From IMG/VR virus record IMGVR_UViG_3300021431_000119, positions 5,093 to 69,092 of that record: a DNA stretch of 64,000 nt; one strand, written 5' to 3'. The notes under the pieces were generated by a model. It worked only from the letters and a program-made list of their open reading frames with translations, had not been told where the DNA came from and did no database searches. The stretch is from a virus. Taxonomy: Duplodnaviria; Caudoviricetes. The first letter of the stretch is position 1; every line of letters begins with the position of its first letter. This document shows, in pieces, positions 45,658 to 57,700 of this stretch. A program made the position numbers and the translations under genes.

Positions 45658-48600
45658 ATGGCAGAAGTGGGTGTCCTGAATCTACAGATTCACGACAATT
45701 CCGCGAAGGCGGCAGAAGGTCTTAACAGTCTCGCTACCGCTCTTGAGAGAGTGAGGGACGTTGTTGGCCAGGTCACGGGCCTTGGCAACGTCGCAAAACA
45801 AATTGAAAAAATCTACAAAGCCGTAAACGGACAAGATTCCGGCAGCAAGTCGAATGGGCTTGAAAAGATGGCTACCGCAATGGAGCGTGTTCAGCACTCC
45901 GTTGGCGATGCTGAAGGCAAGTTCAGAGAAGTCAGCAGCCGAATGGTTGAAATGGAACAGGGAGCCGAAAAACTCGCCGGGAAAATGGGCGAAGTTGACG
46001 AGGCTGTAACAAAATTCGGCAAATGGCAGTTTGGCGATGCTGAAGAAAAATTTAAGAAGATGTTTGAGTACCTGAACGCCATGCGAATGAGCCGGTCGCT
46101 TGGTGGAGCCGGGTACACAGAGCGCGGATGGACACAGCCAGTTCAGGTTCCATACAAGATCTCAGATGAACTTATTGGCGAAAAGCGTACATGGAACCCG
46201 GAATCCAGAGCATGGGAGAGTTCCGGATACACGCAGGAAGACCTTGCGGCAAGAATGCAGGAAGCAGCCGACGCCGCTACGTATATGCAGGAAGCCATGT
46301 CTGAAAACAATGCTGAAACAGAAAGGACTGAAAGCATTGTAGACAGGGTCAAAGACGCTATGGGAGAGTTTGGTGAGATCGTTAAAGATATCGCGTGGAT
46401 GGTGGACGAAGGGAATCTTGGAGAGGACCTTTCTAACTGGCTGTCAGGTCTGACGAGACCGCTTGGGAACCTGATGAAACAACTTGGGCGCGTCGCCAAG
46501 ATGCGCATGCTCCGGGCTGTTGTGAAAGAAGTAGCGGCAGGACTGAAAGAAGGCGTACAGAACGTCTACGAGTATTCAAAGGCGGTGGGCGGATACTTCG
46601 CTCCGGCTATGGACAGCGCAGCCAGTTCTCTTCTTCTGATGAAAAACTCAATAGGCGCCGCAGCGGCCCCTGTAATTTCAGCACTTATTCCGTATCTGCA
46701 AACGGCGGTGAACTGGTTCGTCACGCTGATTAACTATGTCAATCAGTTCCTGGCGTTGCTCACTGGAAAAAGCTCATGGACAAAAGCCATCGAGACGCAG
46801 ACAGACGCGTTTAAGAATGCAAGCAAAGGCGCAAAGGGCGCAGACAAGAACATTAAGGAATTACTTGCGGACTGGGACGAACTGAACATCATCCAGAGCG
46901 AGAGCGGCGGAGGAAGCGGCGGCGGTGGTGGCGGCTCTTCTACTGACTACAAAAACATGTTTGAGGAAGTCAGCCAGTTTGATGAGACGCTTAAGCGCAG
47001 CATGGCGTTCATTGAGGAACATATGGGCGGCATCAAGCAACTCGCCATTGACATTGGCGCTCTCGTTCTTGGTTGGATGATCAGCAGCAAGTTCAGCGGC
47101 CTTCTTGGGAAAATTGGCTCTCTGCTGGTCGGATATCACGCGCTAAAACTTGGCATTGAATTGTCCTATGGTTCTGGATTTGAAGCAGGGAAAAAAGGCG
47201 GATTTGACGGCCAAGACCTTTTGGGCGCTATTGGCGGGGCGATTGCAAGCGCCGTTGGCGGATACTTCCTGCTTGGCCCGGCTGGAATCGTTATCGGTCT
47301 TGGTGTAAGTGCTATTGTTACTCTGACTGGATACATTCAGGGAGAAAGAGACGCGGCGGACGCACTCAGGTGGGGAAGCACATCACTTACGCCGGAAGAG
47401 ATTGAGGAGTACGTCAAAAAGTCATTCACATTCAATATTGAAGCGAGAATCAACACGCTGGACGCGGTTATCGAAGACGAAAGTGCCAAGCGGAATCTGC
47501 TGAATGAATCCATCTCAAACTTCAGCGCAAGTCTGGACAAGATTTCTCTTGGTGTTGACAACAGCCCGGCGGCCGTCGCGGACGCGGCTGACAAGGCCAA
47601 GGCCGTCATCGACATGGTGAACGATGAGATCAAAGTGAGCCAGAAGACCATCCAGGTTCTCACAAAGATCAATCCAATAACAGACGCGAACGGCACGGAT
47701 ATTACAAGCAGTTTCCTGTCCGACCTGAACAGCGCCGATTCTCAGTTGACACAGTACTTCAACGGGCTTGGACAGCAGATCGCCAATCTGATTGACAGGG
47801 GCCAGAAGACGCAGTGGGCAAACAATGAAGCCGAGATGGCGCTTGAGCTCATGCAACACGAGCAGAACATCGTTGACCAGGCCAACCGGAACAAAATCAA
47901 CCGGGACTTCCAGGTTGATTCCGAAATGGGATTGGCTGGCATGACGAGGGAGAACGCGCAGGAAACGTTTGAACGGCAGAAAGCGCTGATTGATGAATAC
48001 AAACAGAAGACGGAAACCGCATACGCGGAGGCTATCAAGGACCTGTACTGGAGGGCCGACCTCGCCGATGCCGCCGGGCTTAAGGACGCAAAAGGAAACC
48101 CGTTAAGTCAAGCGTACTTGAACCAAGCAAAAGCGCTCGAAGAGCAGGTAAAGAACGGTGATATTTATAACGAACTAAACGAATCTGTAAAACTTATTAA
48201 ATCCAAGTGGGCGGAGGCGCTTAAGAATATTTATGGGGAACGCCTTGGCGAGTCCGCAGACTTAGACATGACATTTTCTTATCTTTGGAATGACTGGTTC
48301 TACGGTGGCATGACGGAATTCGAAAAAAACATATCCAATAAATATTCGAAATTTGGCGTAGACACCGCCGTAGAAGCAATCAAATCGTATTTTGACGGTT
48401 CGCTTGAATCAGCCGACCCGAGCGGCATTATGCGTGGCGTTATGGATGAGTTCGGGATGACCATCTTCGACCTCGCAGACCAGGAAGTAAAGAACAGCCT
48501 TGCGGAGCATGTTGGAAAAGCAACCGGAGACAAGGAGGCAACGCGCCTGATTCTTCAGGGGCTTGGCATTACGGGCGAAGCCCTGACAACCGCTCTTCGG

Positions 48601-49473
48601 TCGGCGTTTGATGACGATGAAGGAATCGCGAAAGCAACGAGGGACGCGATTCTCGATTCGATGTTCGATAACAAGTGGAACGAACTTGGTCCGGAAGAGT
48701 TCAGGAAACTTGTAGAACAACTCAAGTCAGAGTTTGGCGACTACGCTGTGAACGATGCCTTGAGCGAACTGGACATTCCACCAGCCGACCTCGAGGTTCC
48801 TGTTGGAGACGTAAACCTTGTGCAGGACGAAGTAGAAGTCTCGACGGAAGATGCAAAACTACAAACCAACGTGGACATGGAAGTATTTGAGAATGCCGCC
48901 ATGGCGGAGGGAAGCACCACTGTCAGCGACGTGGCTACGGAGGACGTGAACCAGGCGAAGACGGTGCTGGAGAGCATGAGCGCGGTGGAGGCTGGCGCAC
49001 CGAACATGACGTGGTTCAACAGCGTGCTTAGCGGCATGGTTAGCCGGGCGTGGGCGGCCGCTGACAGCATCAGGGAAGCAATGAGCAGCATCGGGATCAA
49101 TGTCGGCGGCGGCAGCGGAAGCCACGGATTTATGGTGAACACGAACAGCAGCGGTAGCGGCGGGAGTCACGGATTTGCAAGCGGCGGATTCCCACGGAGC
49201 GGTGACCTGGTCATGGCGAACGAGAACGGGCAGTTTGAGATGATGGGGCAGATGGGGCATCAGCCGGTCATCGCGAACAACCAGCAGATTGTGGAAGGCA
49301 TCAGCCGGGGCGTGAGCCAGAGCAACAGCGGCATGGAGAGCAGGCTGAGCAATATCGAGACGTTGCTGAACCGGATCGCCGGGAAGGAGTTCACGGCAAA
49401 GGTGGTGCCGAGCAGCAGTCTTGGCCGGAACAACCGGCAGAGCGAGCTGGCGTACAGCCGGGTGAGCGGATAA
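45658..49473 (+). CDS. Tape measure protein
   Basis: 1271 aa, helical, hydrophobic central region, C-terminal FASGGFP..G. Confidence 0.9.
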   Translation: MAEVGVLNLQIHDNSAKAAEGLNSLATALERVRDVVGQVTGLGNVAKQIEKIYKAVNGQDSGSKSNGLEKMATAMERVQHSVGDAEGKFREVSSRMVEMEQGAEKLAGKMGEVDEAVTKFGKWQFGDAEEKFKKMFEYLNAMRMSRSLGGAGYTERGWTQPVQVPYKISDELIGEKRTWNPESRAWESSGYTQEDLAARMQEAADAATYMQEAMSENNAETERTESIVDRVKDAMGEFGEIVKDIAWMVDEGNLGEDLSNWLSGLTRPLGNLMKQLGRVAKMRMLRAVVKEVAAGLKEGVQNVYEYSKAVGGYFAPAMDSAASSLLLMKNSIGAAAAPVISALIPYLQTAVNWFVTLINYVNQFLALLTGKSSWTKAIETQTDAFKNASKGAKGADKNIKELLADWDELNIIQSESGGGSGGGGGGSSTDYKNMFEEVSQFDETLKRSMAFIEEHMGGIKQLAIDIGALVLGWMISSKFSGLLGKIGSLLVGYHALKLGIELSYGSGFEAGKKGGFDGQDLLGAIGGAIASAVGGYFLLGPAGIVIGLGVSAIVTLTGYIQGERDAADALRWGSTSLTPEEIEEYVKKSFTFNIEARINTLDAVIEDESAKRNLLNESISNFSASLDKISLGVDNSPAAVADAADKAKAVIDMVNDEIKVSQKTIQVLTKINPITDANGTDITSSFLSDLNSADSQLTQYFNGLGQQIANLIDRGQKTQWANNEAEMALELMQHEQNIVDQANRNKINRDFQVDSEMGLAGMTRENAQETFERQKALIDEYKQKTETAYAEAIKDLYWRADLADAAGLKDAKGNPLSQAYLNQAKALEEQVKNGDIYNELNESVKLIKSKWAEALKNIYGERLGESADLDMTFSYLWNDWFYGGMTEFEKNISNKYSKFGVDTAVEAIKSYFDGSLESADPSGIMRGVMDEFGMTIFDLADQEVKNSLAEHVGKATGDKEATRLILQGLGITGEALTTALRSAFDDDEGIAKATRDAILDSMFDNKWNELGPEEFRKLVEQLKSEFGDYAVNDALSELDIPPADLEVPVGDVNLVQDEVEVSTEDAKLQTNVDMEVFENAAMAEGSTTVSDVATEDVNQAKTVLESMSAVEAGAPNMTWFNSVLSGMVSRAWAAADSIREAMSSIGINVGGGSGSHGFMVNTNSSGSGGSHGFASGGFPRSGDLVMANENGQFEMMGQMGHQPVIANNQQIVEGISRGVSQSNSGMESRLSNIETLLNRIAGKEFTAKVVPSSSLGRNNRQSELAYSRVSG

Positions 49474-49486
49474 GGAGGGAAGCGCA

Positions 49487-49870
49487 GTGTGGCTGACATA
49501 CACGTACGAGCTGGGGCTGAAGGTCGGGAGCACGGCGCTTCCAGACCCGAAGGCCTGGAACTACCAGGTAGGAGACCTTGACACGAGCGGAAGCCGTGAC
49601 GCAACCGGATGGCTGCACCGGGCGCGGGTGGCCCAGAAGATTAACTACGAGTTTGAGTGGGAGGCACTGGAGTGGGAAATGCTCCAGCGGATCCTGACAG
49701 CGATTTCCGGGGACAGGTTCACCTTTACGGGGCCTGACCCACGGACGTTCAAAGGCACGTACACGGGGACGTACTACGTGGGGGACCGGACGGGCGGGAC
49801 ACATTATTACCGGCCGGACAGTCAGGAAATTGCCATTTACAGCCTGAAGCTCAAATTCATCGAGTACTGA
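49487..49870 (+). CDS. Distal tail (Dit-like) protein
   Basis: LPDP..W...DLD...RDATG.LHR; follows TMP. Confidence 0.7.
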   Translation: MWLTYTYELGLKVGSTALPDPKAWNYQVGDLDTSGSRDATGWLHRARVAQKINYEFEWEALEWEMLQRILTAISGDRFTFTGPDPRTFKGTYTGTYYVGDRTGGTHYYRPDSQEIAIYSLKLKFIEY

Positions 49871-49887
49871 GGAAAGGAGGGCGGAAC

Positions 49888-51030
49888 GTGTACGCGGTCA
49901 GCGACCAGTTTCACCAGGCGGTCCGGAACGGGAACAAGCAGAAGGTGATGCTGATTTTTCCGGACGCGGTGTTCACGGACGAGGACATCAACGTGGAGAC
50001 CGGGATCGAGTTTCACGATTACTTCAATCTGGAGGACGACATCAGCATCGGGCAGACGCCTAGCAACGAGATCAGCTTCAGCCTGTTTAACGACTACAAG
50101 TTCCTGAACAACTATGGTTTCGGTGACTTTCTGGCGACCATCGGGGTGTATCTGGACGAGACGGAATACGAGATGCGTGGAAACACGACCATGCGGACCG
50201 TATACGCCTCCTACGCAGGGAAGAACGACCCTCCGTACCTGACGCGGAACGAGCGGGCAGTGGACGCGCCTCCGGGCTTTCCAGTGGCGAGCCTGATGGG
50301 ATACGACGGGAAGGTGTGGGCGTTTTCCTCCGACGGGCAGTACGCGGTGTACAACGACCATACGGGGGAGAATATCACAAGTTCTAATCCGGTGAACGCG
50401 TTCATGCGGGACAAGAGCAAGGACTGGGTCGGGCGGGGGCTGTTCTACAACAAGAGCAGCCGGATGCTGATGACCTACGACGCGGACGGGATGCGGAGAC
50501 GGTACGAGTTCTGCCCGCTTGGCTGGTTTGTCGGGGAGCGGCCAAACGCGCCGGACAAGATTGAGATCGGCATGACGTGCTACGACCTGATGCAGCGGTT
50601 CGACATTGACATGCCGGACACGAAGACGCTGGGCATCAGCTACCCGGTGAAGATCGGAACCCTGTTCCAGAAGATGTGTGATTACGTAGGTCTTCCATAC
50701 CGGACGGCCAGTTTCATCAACAGCAACGCCACCGTGGACAGCGAGCCGGAGGACTTTGGGAACAGCACCATGCGGACGGTGCTTGGGTGGATCGCCGAGG
50801 CGGCGGGAAGCAACGCGCGGATTGACCGGGACGGATACGTGGTGATGGACTGGATCCGGAACACGGCGCAGAGCTACGACGAGAGCGGATACTACGAGTT
50901 TGAGCCGTACTGGTACCAGACGAAGCGGGTGACCAAACTGTACTGCAGGGACACGACGGACTCCAAGGAGAGCACAGTCGGGAGCGGGAGCGAGGGATAC
51001 CTGATTCAGGACAACCCGCTTCTGCGGTGA
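49888..51030 (+). CDS. Tail/baseplate protein
   Basis: Synteny; 380 aa. Confidence 0.7.
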   Translation: MYAVSDQFHQAVRNGNKQKVMLIFPDAVFTDEDINVETGIEFHDYFNLEDDISIGQTPSNEISFSLFNDYKFLNNYGFGDFLATIGVYLDETEYEMRGNTTMRTVYASYAGKNDPPYLTRNERAVDAPPGFPVASLMGYDGKVWAFSSDGQYAVYNDHTGENITSSNPVNAFMRDKSKDWVGRGLFYNKSSRMLMTYDADGMRRRYEFCPLGWFVGERPNAPDKIEIGMTCYDLMQRFDIDMPDTKTLGISYPVKIGTLFQKMCDYVGLPYRTASFINSNATVDSEPEDFGNSTMRTVLGWIAEAAGSNARIDRDGYVVMDWIRNTAQSYDESGYYEFEPYWYQTKRVTKLYCRDTTDSKESTVGSGSEGYLIQDNPLLR

Positions 51031-51046
51031 GAAAGAAGGTGATAAC

Positions 51047-52312
51047 GTGGCCAAGGCCAACCTGAACGACATTTACAGCCGGGTGAGCGGGATCGCGCAG
51101 TACCACCCATACACGGCGGACACGGCGGCGGACTGGTCACTGGAAGCCGGGGACACCGTCACCGTGAGCCGTGACGGGACGAGGTACACAAGTCCGGTGC
51201 ACGCGGCCACCATCAAGTGGAACGGAAAGCAGAGCGTGACGCTGGAGAGCAACGGGAGCCGGGAGCGCGGCCCTGTGGCGAAGATGAGCGCACGGTCCTA
51301 CAACTACGGGAACGGCGGCGGGAACTCGTACCGTGGCGGCGCACGGAAGAACACGGAAGACCAGAAGAAGTTTACAGAGCTCTTCAAGAACGACGATGAG
51401 ATCGGACTCCGCGCGACAAATCTGGAGAACGAGAATGAGGAACGGAAAGCCGAGATCAAGGTCACAGCGGACAACATTAACGCAGAGGTCAGTAAACGGA
51501 AGAAGGGCGACGCGGAGCTGAAGGCATCGATCAAGATCGAGGCGGACAGGATCAGCCAGGTGGTTGAGTCTGTCGGCGCGGACGGGAAGGTGACGGCGGC
51601 GTCCATAGTGGCGGCGGTGAATAAGTCCGGGAGCAGCGTGGCGATTAGCGCAGACCATATCATGCTAAGCGGCACCACAACGCTCAATAATATCATGAGC
51701 GTAACCAGCGGGGCGGTGCACATCAACAAGCCGCTGTTTGCAGATGGCTCGTACGCAGATTTCAACGAGATCAGGATCCATGGCTCCAAATTTACCGTGA
51801 ACGAGGCGGTTGGCGATTACATGATCAAAAGCGCAAGCGTAAGCGGGAATGTGCTGACGCTGACGAAGTTCAACGGGGAGAAGGTAACTTTTAGCAAAGC
51901 CACTACACTGAGCGGGGCGTGGAGTGGCGGAAAATACACGGTAACCGCGAAACAGGGAACAAAGGCCGTAGAGACAGACTGGACGCAGCTGATGACCGGC
52001 GAGGTGAGTGGGTCCACCCAGTGGGCCGGAAACACCGCGTTTATCAGCCTGAAGGCATCCACGAAGGGCGCTTCCGGCATGCAGGACACGGGGCGAGTCA
52101 TCAGCCTGAATTGCCAGGCGATCTATGACGCGGGAGCCAGGAGCGTTGGCCATAACCCAACGGCGACGATTACGGAGGTCACAAGCTCAACCAGCCATAT
52201 CCACGGGAGCTCACTCGGGTCCTACAGCGCAGCCAGCGTGAAAGGGCGCTGGATCCTGATTGACGCTAAATGCGGCGGCAAGACAAACTCTTACTATATC
52301 TACATTAGTTAA
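51047..52312 (+). CDS. Tail hub/tip protein with coiled-coil region
   Basis: LEAGDTVTV, IEADRISQVV, ISADHI motifs typical of tail tip proteins. Confidence 0.7.
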   Translation: MAKANLNDIYSRVSGIAQYHPYTADTAADWSLEAGDTVTVSRDGTRYTSPVHAATIKWNGKQSVTLESNGSRERGPVAKMSARSYNYGNGGGNSYRGGARKNTEDQKKFTELFKNDDEIGLRATNLENENEERKAEIKVTADNINAEVSKRKKGDAELKASIKIEADRISQVVESVGADGKVTAASIVAAVNKSGSSVAISADHIMLSGTTTLNNIMSVTSGAVHINKPLFADGSYADFNEIRIHGSKFTVNEAVGDYMIKSASVSGNVLTLTKFNGEKVTFSKATTLSGAWSGGKYTVTAKQGTKAVETDWTQLMTGEVSGSTQWAGNTAFISLKASTKGASGMQDTGRVISLNCQAIYDAGARSVGHNPTATITEVTSSTSHIHGSSLGSYSAASVKGRWILIDAKCGGKTNSYYIYIS

Positions 52313-52321
52313 GGAGGACGC

Positions 52322-52546
52322 ATGAACAAGTTAGCGGAGATCGCGGAGCAGGTGGAAGAGGTATATGAGCGGTTGCAGGGACTGGACATGCCTATGAAGC
52401 CAGACAACGCGGAGATTATGTGCGGCGTATTCGGGCTTCTGGCGTGCGCTTATCGGGCACTGACGGCGAAGGAGGAACCCGAGACGGAGGAGGCGCCCGA
52501 GGCGAAGGAGGAGACCGAGACGGAGGAGGTGAAACCGGATGTTTGA
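52322..52546 (+). CDS. Small hypothetical protein
   Basis: RBS AAGGAGG. Confidence 0.6.
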   Translation: MNKLAEIAEQVEEVYERLQGLDMPMKPDNAEIMCGVFGLLACAYRALTAKEEPETEEAPEAKEETETEEVKPDV

Positions 52547-52895
52547 CTTGGACCACATGACCATCACGATGTCCATCGGTGACACGGGGGCTGTGTACGT
52601 ACGGGGCGTAGGATACGACTTCTCGGAGAACGACCGGGCTGTGTTCACGGTCCGCACGCCGAACGGCGGACTCATGATTGAGCGGGAATACCAGATGGAT
52701 GAGAACGGCGGATTTATCCTCTGCTTCCACAACGCGGACACGGAAGGGTACCCGGCAGGCACATACAGCTGGGATGTGCGGTACGTGATTAACCCATACC
52801 GGGACGAGACAGGCGCCATCGTGGACGGAGACCAGGTGATCACCCCTTATCCGCCGCAGAGCCTGATTCTGCAACGGACCGTCGGGACGATATAA
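52539..52895 (+). CDS. BppU-like baseplate protein
   Basis: GTYSWDVRY Ig-like pattern. Confidence 0.6.
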   Translation: MFDLDHMTITMSIGDTGAVYVRGVGYDFSENDRAVFTVRTPNGGLMIEREYQMDENGGFILCFHNADTEGYPAGTYSWDVRYVINPYRDETGAIVDGDQVITPYPPQSLILQRTVGTI

Positions 52896-52911
52896 AGAGG
52901 GAGGAACGAAC

Positions 52912-53337
52912 ATGGCAGATAATACGGAATCCAGCATTCAGCAGCTCGGTATCCCGGAGATCAGTATGGATCTGTCCGTGTCCCAGGTGACGACACAACC
53001 GACAGACCCAACACTGCGGAATAGCGGGCAACCTGCCGACGCGAAGGCGGTTGGAGACAGATTCAGCGAAACCGACGAAAGCATCGCCGACCTTGGCGCG
53101 GACGTGGCGGAGATTTCCTCCGCGCTTGCGTCACTGGCCACGCGCGTGTTTGTGGAGTCGCTGTTCCCGGTTGGGAGCGTTTACGCGACCTCCGGAAGCG
53201 GAGTACCGGCGGATATGCCAGGGACATGGGAGGAGATTAAACTTCCACTGAAGTGGGGAGACGCAAACAGCGGAGACAGAAGCTATGTATCCGGAACGGG
53301 CGCCGGTAATCTTCATTTCTGGATGCGGACGGCGTAA
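52912..53337 (+). CDS. Tail-associated protein
   Basis: DPTL...GQPADAKAVGD; FPVGSVYAT. Confidence 0.65.
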   Translation: MADNTESSIQQLGIPEISMDLSVSQVTTQPTDPTLRNSGQPADAKAVGDRFSETDESIADLGADVAEISSALASLATRVFVESLFPVGSVYATSGSGVPADMPGTWEEIKLPLKWGDANSGDRSYVSGTGAGNLHFWMRTA

Positions 53338-53352
53338 GGGAGGGGATAGAGC

Positions 53353-54210
53353 ATGGCAAAGCAGACAACGAACTACGGCCTGACAAAACCGGAAGCCGCG
53401 GACACCATTGATGCCAGCGTCCTCAGCGAGAACATGGACAAGATTGACACCGCCCTGCACGGCGTGGACGGGGAGGCGGTGCGGTTCACGTCGCAGACGC
53501 TTGGGACGGATCAGCGGAATCAGGCACGGGAGAACATCGGCGCGGCGGCGGAAGCCGAGGTGGTCAAAGTTGTGTCCCAGACGTTGACGGACGCGCAGAA
53601 GAGCGCCGCCAGAACCAATATTGGCGCAACAGGCACAGGGGACGCCGTGCTGGTGGCGGAACAGAGCCTGACAGCGGCTCAGAAACAGCAGGTTCGGGAG
53701 AATATCGGGGCCGTTGGGACAGACAGTGCCGTGACCGTTGCGGAGCAGAATTTCAGTGCGGCGCAGCAGACGCAGGCACGAGCAAATATCGGCGCCATTG
53801 GCAGCGCGGACGCGGTGCTGGTGGCGGAGCAGACACTGACGGAGGACCAGAAGGCGCAGGCGAGAGCCAACATCGGAGCACTTGGTTCTGGAGATGTTGC
53901 TCAAACATTAGAGAACGATACCGTTAGAATGACAGATGGGTCACCAATATATGTCGAAAGGCTTGGTGATATCGTAACGCTAACAATTAATATTACAACG
54001 AAAGCAACAATAACCGCATGGTCGGAAATCGCAACAATACCAGAAAGGTATAGACCGACTTCGATGGTTTTTTTCGCGAACGTATTTCCAGGCAGCATGT
54101 GGGTAGGTTTTTCCTTGAATAGCGCAGGGGTTATTCAACCCTCGCTTGAAATTCCGAGCGATTACGCAATATGGGCAACTGTGACATATATTGCCAGGAA
54201 CAGAAACTGA
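53353..54210 (+). CDS. Tail fibre-like protein with about five 26-aa repeats and an AT-rich C-terminal domain
   Basis: QTLT..Q...AR.NIGA repeats; PERYRP motif. Confidence 0.7.
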   Translation: MAKQTTNYGLTKPEAADTIDASVLSENMDKIDTALHGVDGEAVRFTSQTLGTDQRNQARENIGAAAEAEVVKVVSQTLTDAQKSAARTNIGATGTGDAVLVAEQSLTAAQKQQVRENIGAVGTDSAVTVAEQNFSAAQQTQARANIGAIGSADAVLVAEQTLTEDQKAQARANIGALGSGDVAQTLENDTVRMTDGSPIYVERLGDIVTLTINITTKATITAWSEIATIPERYRPTSMVFFANVFPGSMWVGFSLNSAGVIQPSLEIPSDYAIWATVTYIARNRN

Positions 54211-54348
54211 CCAAACCGTTGGCACGAACATCATACAGAATGCGAAATAAACAGCGGGATGGAATGAATTATGGCTGAGAATCACATTATTCCCGCATAT
54301 TACAGCGGCAGAGGCATCTGCCAGAGCGTGGAGTAAGGTGCAAGGAGC

Positions 54349-54717
54349 GTGGCGACGATGGGCAAAAGGATTCAGAAGCTTCAGATGAAAAACATTGGAA
54401 GCCGGACGATTGACCTTGGGTTCGTTGGGGAGAACATTCACACTCATATCGTCATCGACTGCGGCGAGGTACTACGGGACTATCCGGATGCGACGGTCAC
54501 GATGCAGGCCAGACCACCCGGCGGCGACATGTACGAGCCGGAGACCGTTGTGGACGGGAGCCGTGTCGTGTGGGAAGTGCAGGCCAACGATGTGGAAAGC
54601 CCTGGAGAGGGACGGTACCAGCTGAAGTTTGTGAGCGGGAACGAAATTATCAAGAGCGCAGTCGGGTCATACAGCGTCCGGAGAAGCCTGCGCGTCACTT
54701 CGAACGAAGGGAGATGA
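54349..54717 (+). CDS. BppU N-terminal-like protein
   Basis: LGFVGENIHT.I.ID; G.GRYQL.F; paralogous to the N-terminus of the next gene. Confidence 0.6.
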   Translation: MATMGKRIQKLQMKNIGSRTIDLGFVGENIHTHIVIDCGEVLRDYPDATVTMQARPPGGDMYEPETVVDGSRVVWEVQANDVESPGEGRYQLKFVSGNEIIKSAVGSYSVRRSLRVTSNEGR

Positions 54718-54724
54718 GTGAACA

Positions 54725-57700
54725 GTGGGAAAACGCATTATTAACGTTGAGCTAAAGAACCTGTCCAGCAAGACACTGAACATCGGGTACGTCGGTGAGA
54801 ATGCTCACACACAGGTAGTCATCGACTGCAACGAGGTGCTGTGGGACTATCCGAACGCGGTGGCGGAGATGACGATTCAGCCTCCGACCGGACCGGTGTA
54901 TCCGTGTACTGTGACCCGGGACGAGAACAACATCGTGTGGGACGTGACTGGGAGCGACCTCGTGTACGCCGGGCGCGGACAGGTTCAGCTGACGTTTACG
55001 AATGACGGGGAGATCGTCAAGAGTGCAATCGGGAGCACGAGTGTAAGAGAGAGCCTGGAGGCTACTGGAGAGGCGCCGGAACCGCTGGAGAACTGGATGG
55101 AGCAGGCGGAGGAGAAGGCGCGGGAGATGGCGCAGGAAGCTGCTGACGCAATGGTGGAGGACTTGAGCGAAGCAAAGGATGCCGCTATTGCCGCGATTCA
55201 GGCGAAAGGGGAAGAAACCCGCGCGTCAATTCCGGATGATTACAGCGATCTGAGCGACAGCGTAGCTTCATTAAAAACGGATTTAGACGATACGAATACA
55301 GAAATGAACCGGAAGTCCGACTGGGATTCCGTATACAAAAACAAGGAAGCGTCCGGGAACCCGATGGAAGTGGAAGATGCTGTGGCGTCTCCACTGAAGA
55401 AGATGGTTATCGGGCTGGAACCAAAGCAGGATCTGAACGGGTATGATAAGCCTTGGATTGGGGGGACCGGGAAAAATCTGCTTGAAAATACTGCCACAAC
55501 ACAAACGATAAGCGGCGTGACTTTGACTGTCAATAAAGATGGAACAGTCGTATGCAATGGTACGTCAACTGCTGGTATATCATTTAACGTTCACGTTGAT
55601 ATCAGCACGTTGACTGTCGGAGCATCCTACATCCTAAGTGGTTGCCCGAGTGGCGGTGGAGCATCGACTTATAAGATGGACATTCATTGTAGCGGTGGTT
55701 ATCATACAGACACCGGTAATGGGGTCACGTTTACATATGCAGAATTAGCAAGCGGTACAGAAGATGTGAGAATCGTTATCTATAGCGGCGTTACTTGTAA
55801 TAATCTGACATTTAAGCCCATGCTCCGCCTCTCCACAGTCACAGACTCCACCTTCGAGCCCTACGAAAACATCTGCCCTATTACCGGCCGGACAGGGGTG
55901 AAAGCTACAAGGACGGGGAAGAATCTGTTTGACAAAAACGCTGAAGGCAACGTTGTTGGAATGTATTTATCCATAAAAACTGGGGGTCTTGTGGTAAGCG
56001 GAAGCGGTTATGATACCAGTGATTTTGTCAAAGTCGAACCCGGAAAAAACTATACAGCATCTGGTTTCTCCGTAACTGGGGCAACAGAAGTGTGCTTCTA
56101 TGATTACAATAAGGAGTTCATCGCTGGAAGCGGGATATCTTCTGCCAACCATACATTCACTGCTCCTGATGGGGCTGTATATCTCAGGTTTGATTATAAA
56201 CACGCAGACCTTGATGCCGTGCAGCTCGAACTCGGTTCCACCGCCACCAATTATGAACCCTATAAGGGCAAAGTAAGTGAGATAACCTTCCCCTCTGAAG
56301 CCGGAACAGTCTACGGCGGTACGGCTACTGTGAATGAGGATGGCACGGGGACGCTGGTGGTGGATAAACAGCACATTATGGGTAAAAACTGTATATGGGT
56401 CAAAAACGCGACATATCCGAACACATTTAATGGATCACACACTGGTGTACTGGATAATGAAAACGATGTAACAGGCATATCGTCCGGCTACGTTATGTAT
56501 GAGTCCAAGAATGTAGCAAAATATGACTATGGTTTCGCTCATGCAAATGCAGGAAAATTAATATATGTAAAAGACAAAGATTACACGGATTTGGAAGATT
56601 TTATAGCACATATTGCAGACGTTGATTTTGTCGTTGGTGTCGCCAAACCAATCACCTACACGCTCACAGCCGAGCAGCTCTCCACGCTTGAAGGGCACAA
56701 TCTGCTCTGGACGGATGGCGATACGCTGGATATTCTGTATCGGACGGACAAGTACATTAACAATGACAGGCAGCTCACCTATGAGACGAAGGCTCCAGGG
56801 ATTGCCGAGACTGTCGGCCCTGCGGATATGGTTACGATACAGGACGGGGCTGAGGATGTACCGGTAACGAAGCTGACGGTGCAGATGGAGCCGAAGCAGG
56901 ATCTGCATGGGTATGATAAGCCGTGGGTCGGGGGAGCGGGGAAGAATTTGTTGTATTGCCAATTTGATGGTGGCACGGTAAGCGGTGTTACGTTTGTAAA
57001 AAAATACGACGGAACATATTTGTTAAGCGGCACGGCAACCGCTAATATTGGGTCTTTAAAGTTTGTTAATAGTACCGGAGAATTTTTAATTCCAAACACT
57101 TCTTATATCCTGTCCGGTGGCAATGCTTCTTCTAAACTTAATATTGCTTTTGACAACGCGTCCATTAGTTATACAGATATTGGAAACGGAGTACAGTTTA
57201 CAACGCCGAATTCATGGACAAATGTATGGGTATATCCCATAATATTAAAAGATGTTAATACGAATGGAATGATTTTAAAGCCCATGATCAGACTCGCCAC
57301 CGAACTTGATGCAACCTACGAGCCCTACTCCAACATCTGCCCCATTAGTGGATGGGACAAGGTGAAGGTGATGAGGTGTGGGAAGAATTTGTTTGACCCT
57401 AAGACCGCTAAAATGATTAAAATAGCCGCCGATGGCACGGAAAGATACGGCGTTGAATATGATGACTTGCCCGTTGGCGAATACACGATATCCGTCACCT
57501 TGTTAAAAAGCAGCACTCAACGTTCAGTCTTTTATAAACTATATGACGGCACTGCATATGGCGATGCCGTAAGAGTTTCTCATAGTGCCGCTGGCCATGC
57601 TACGATGACTATTACACAATCAGTGGCAAAAGCGTTTGTTTATCTCGATGTTACGAATGATGATCTTGGCAAACAGACATTAGCCATTGATTTGGCAGTG

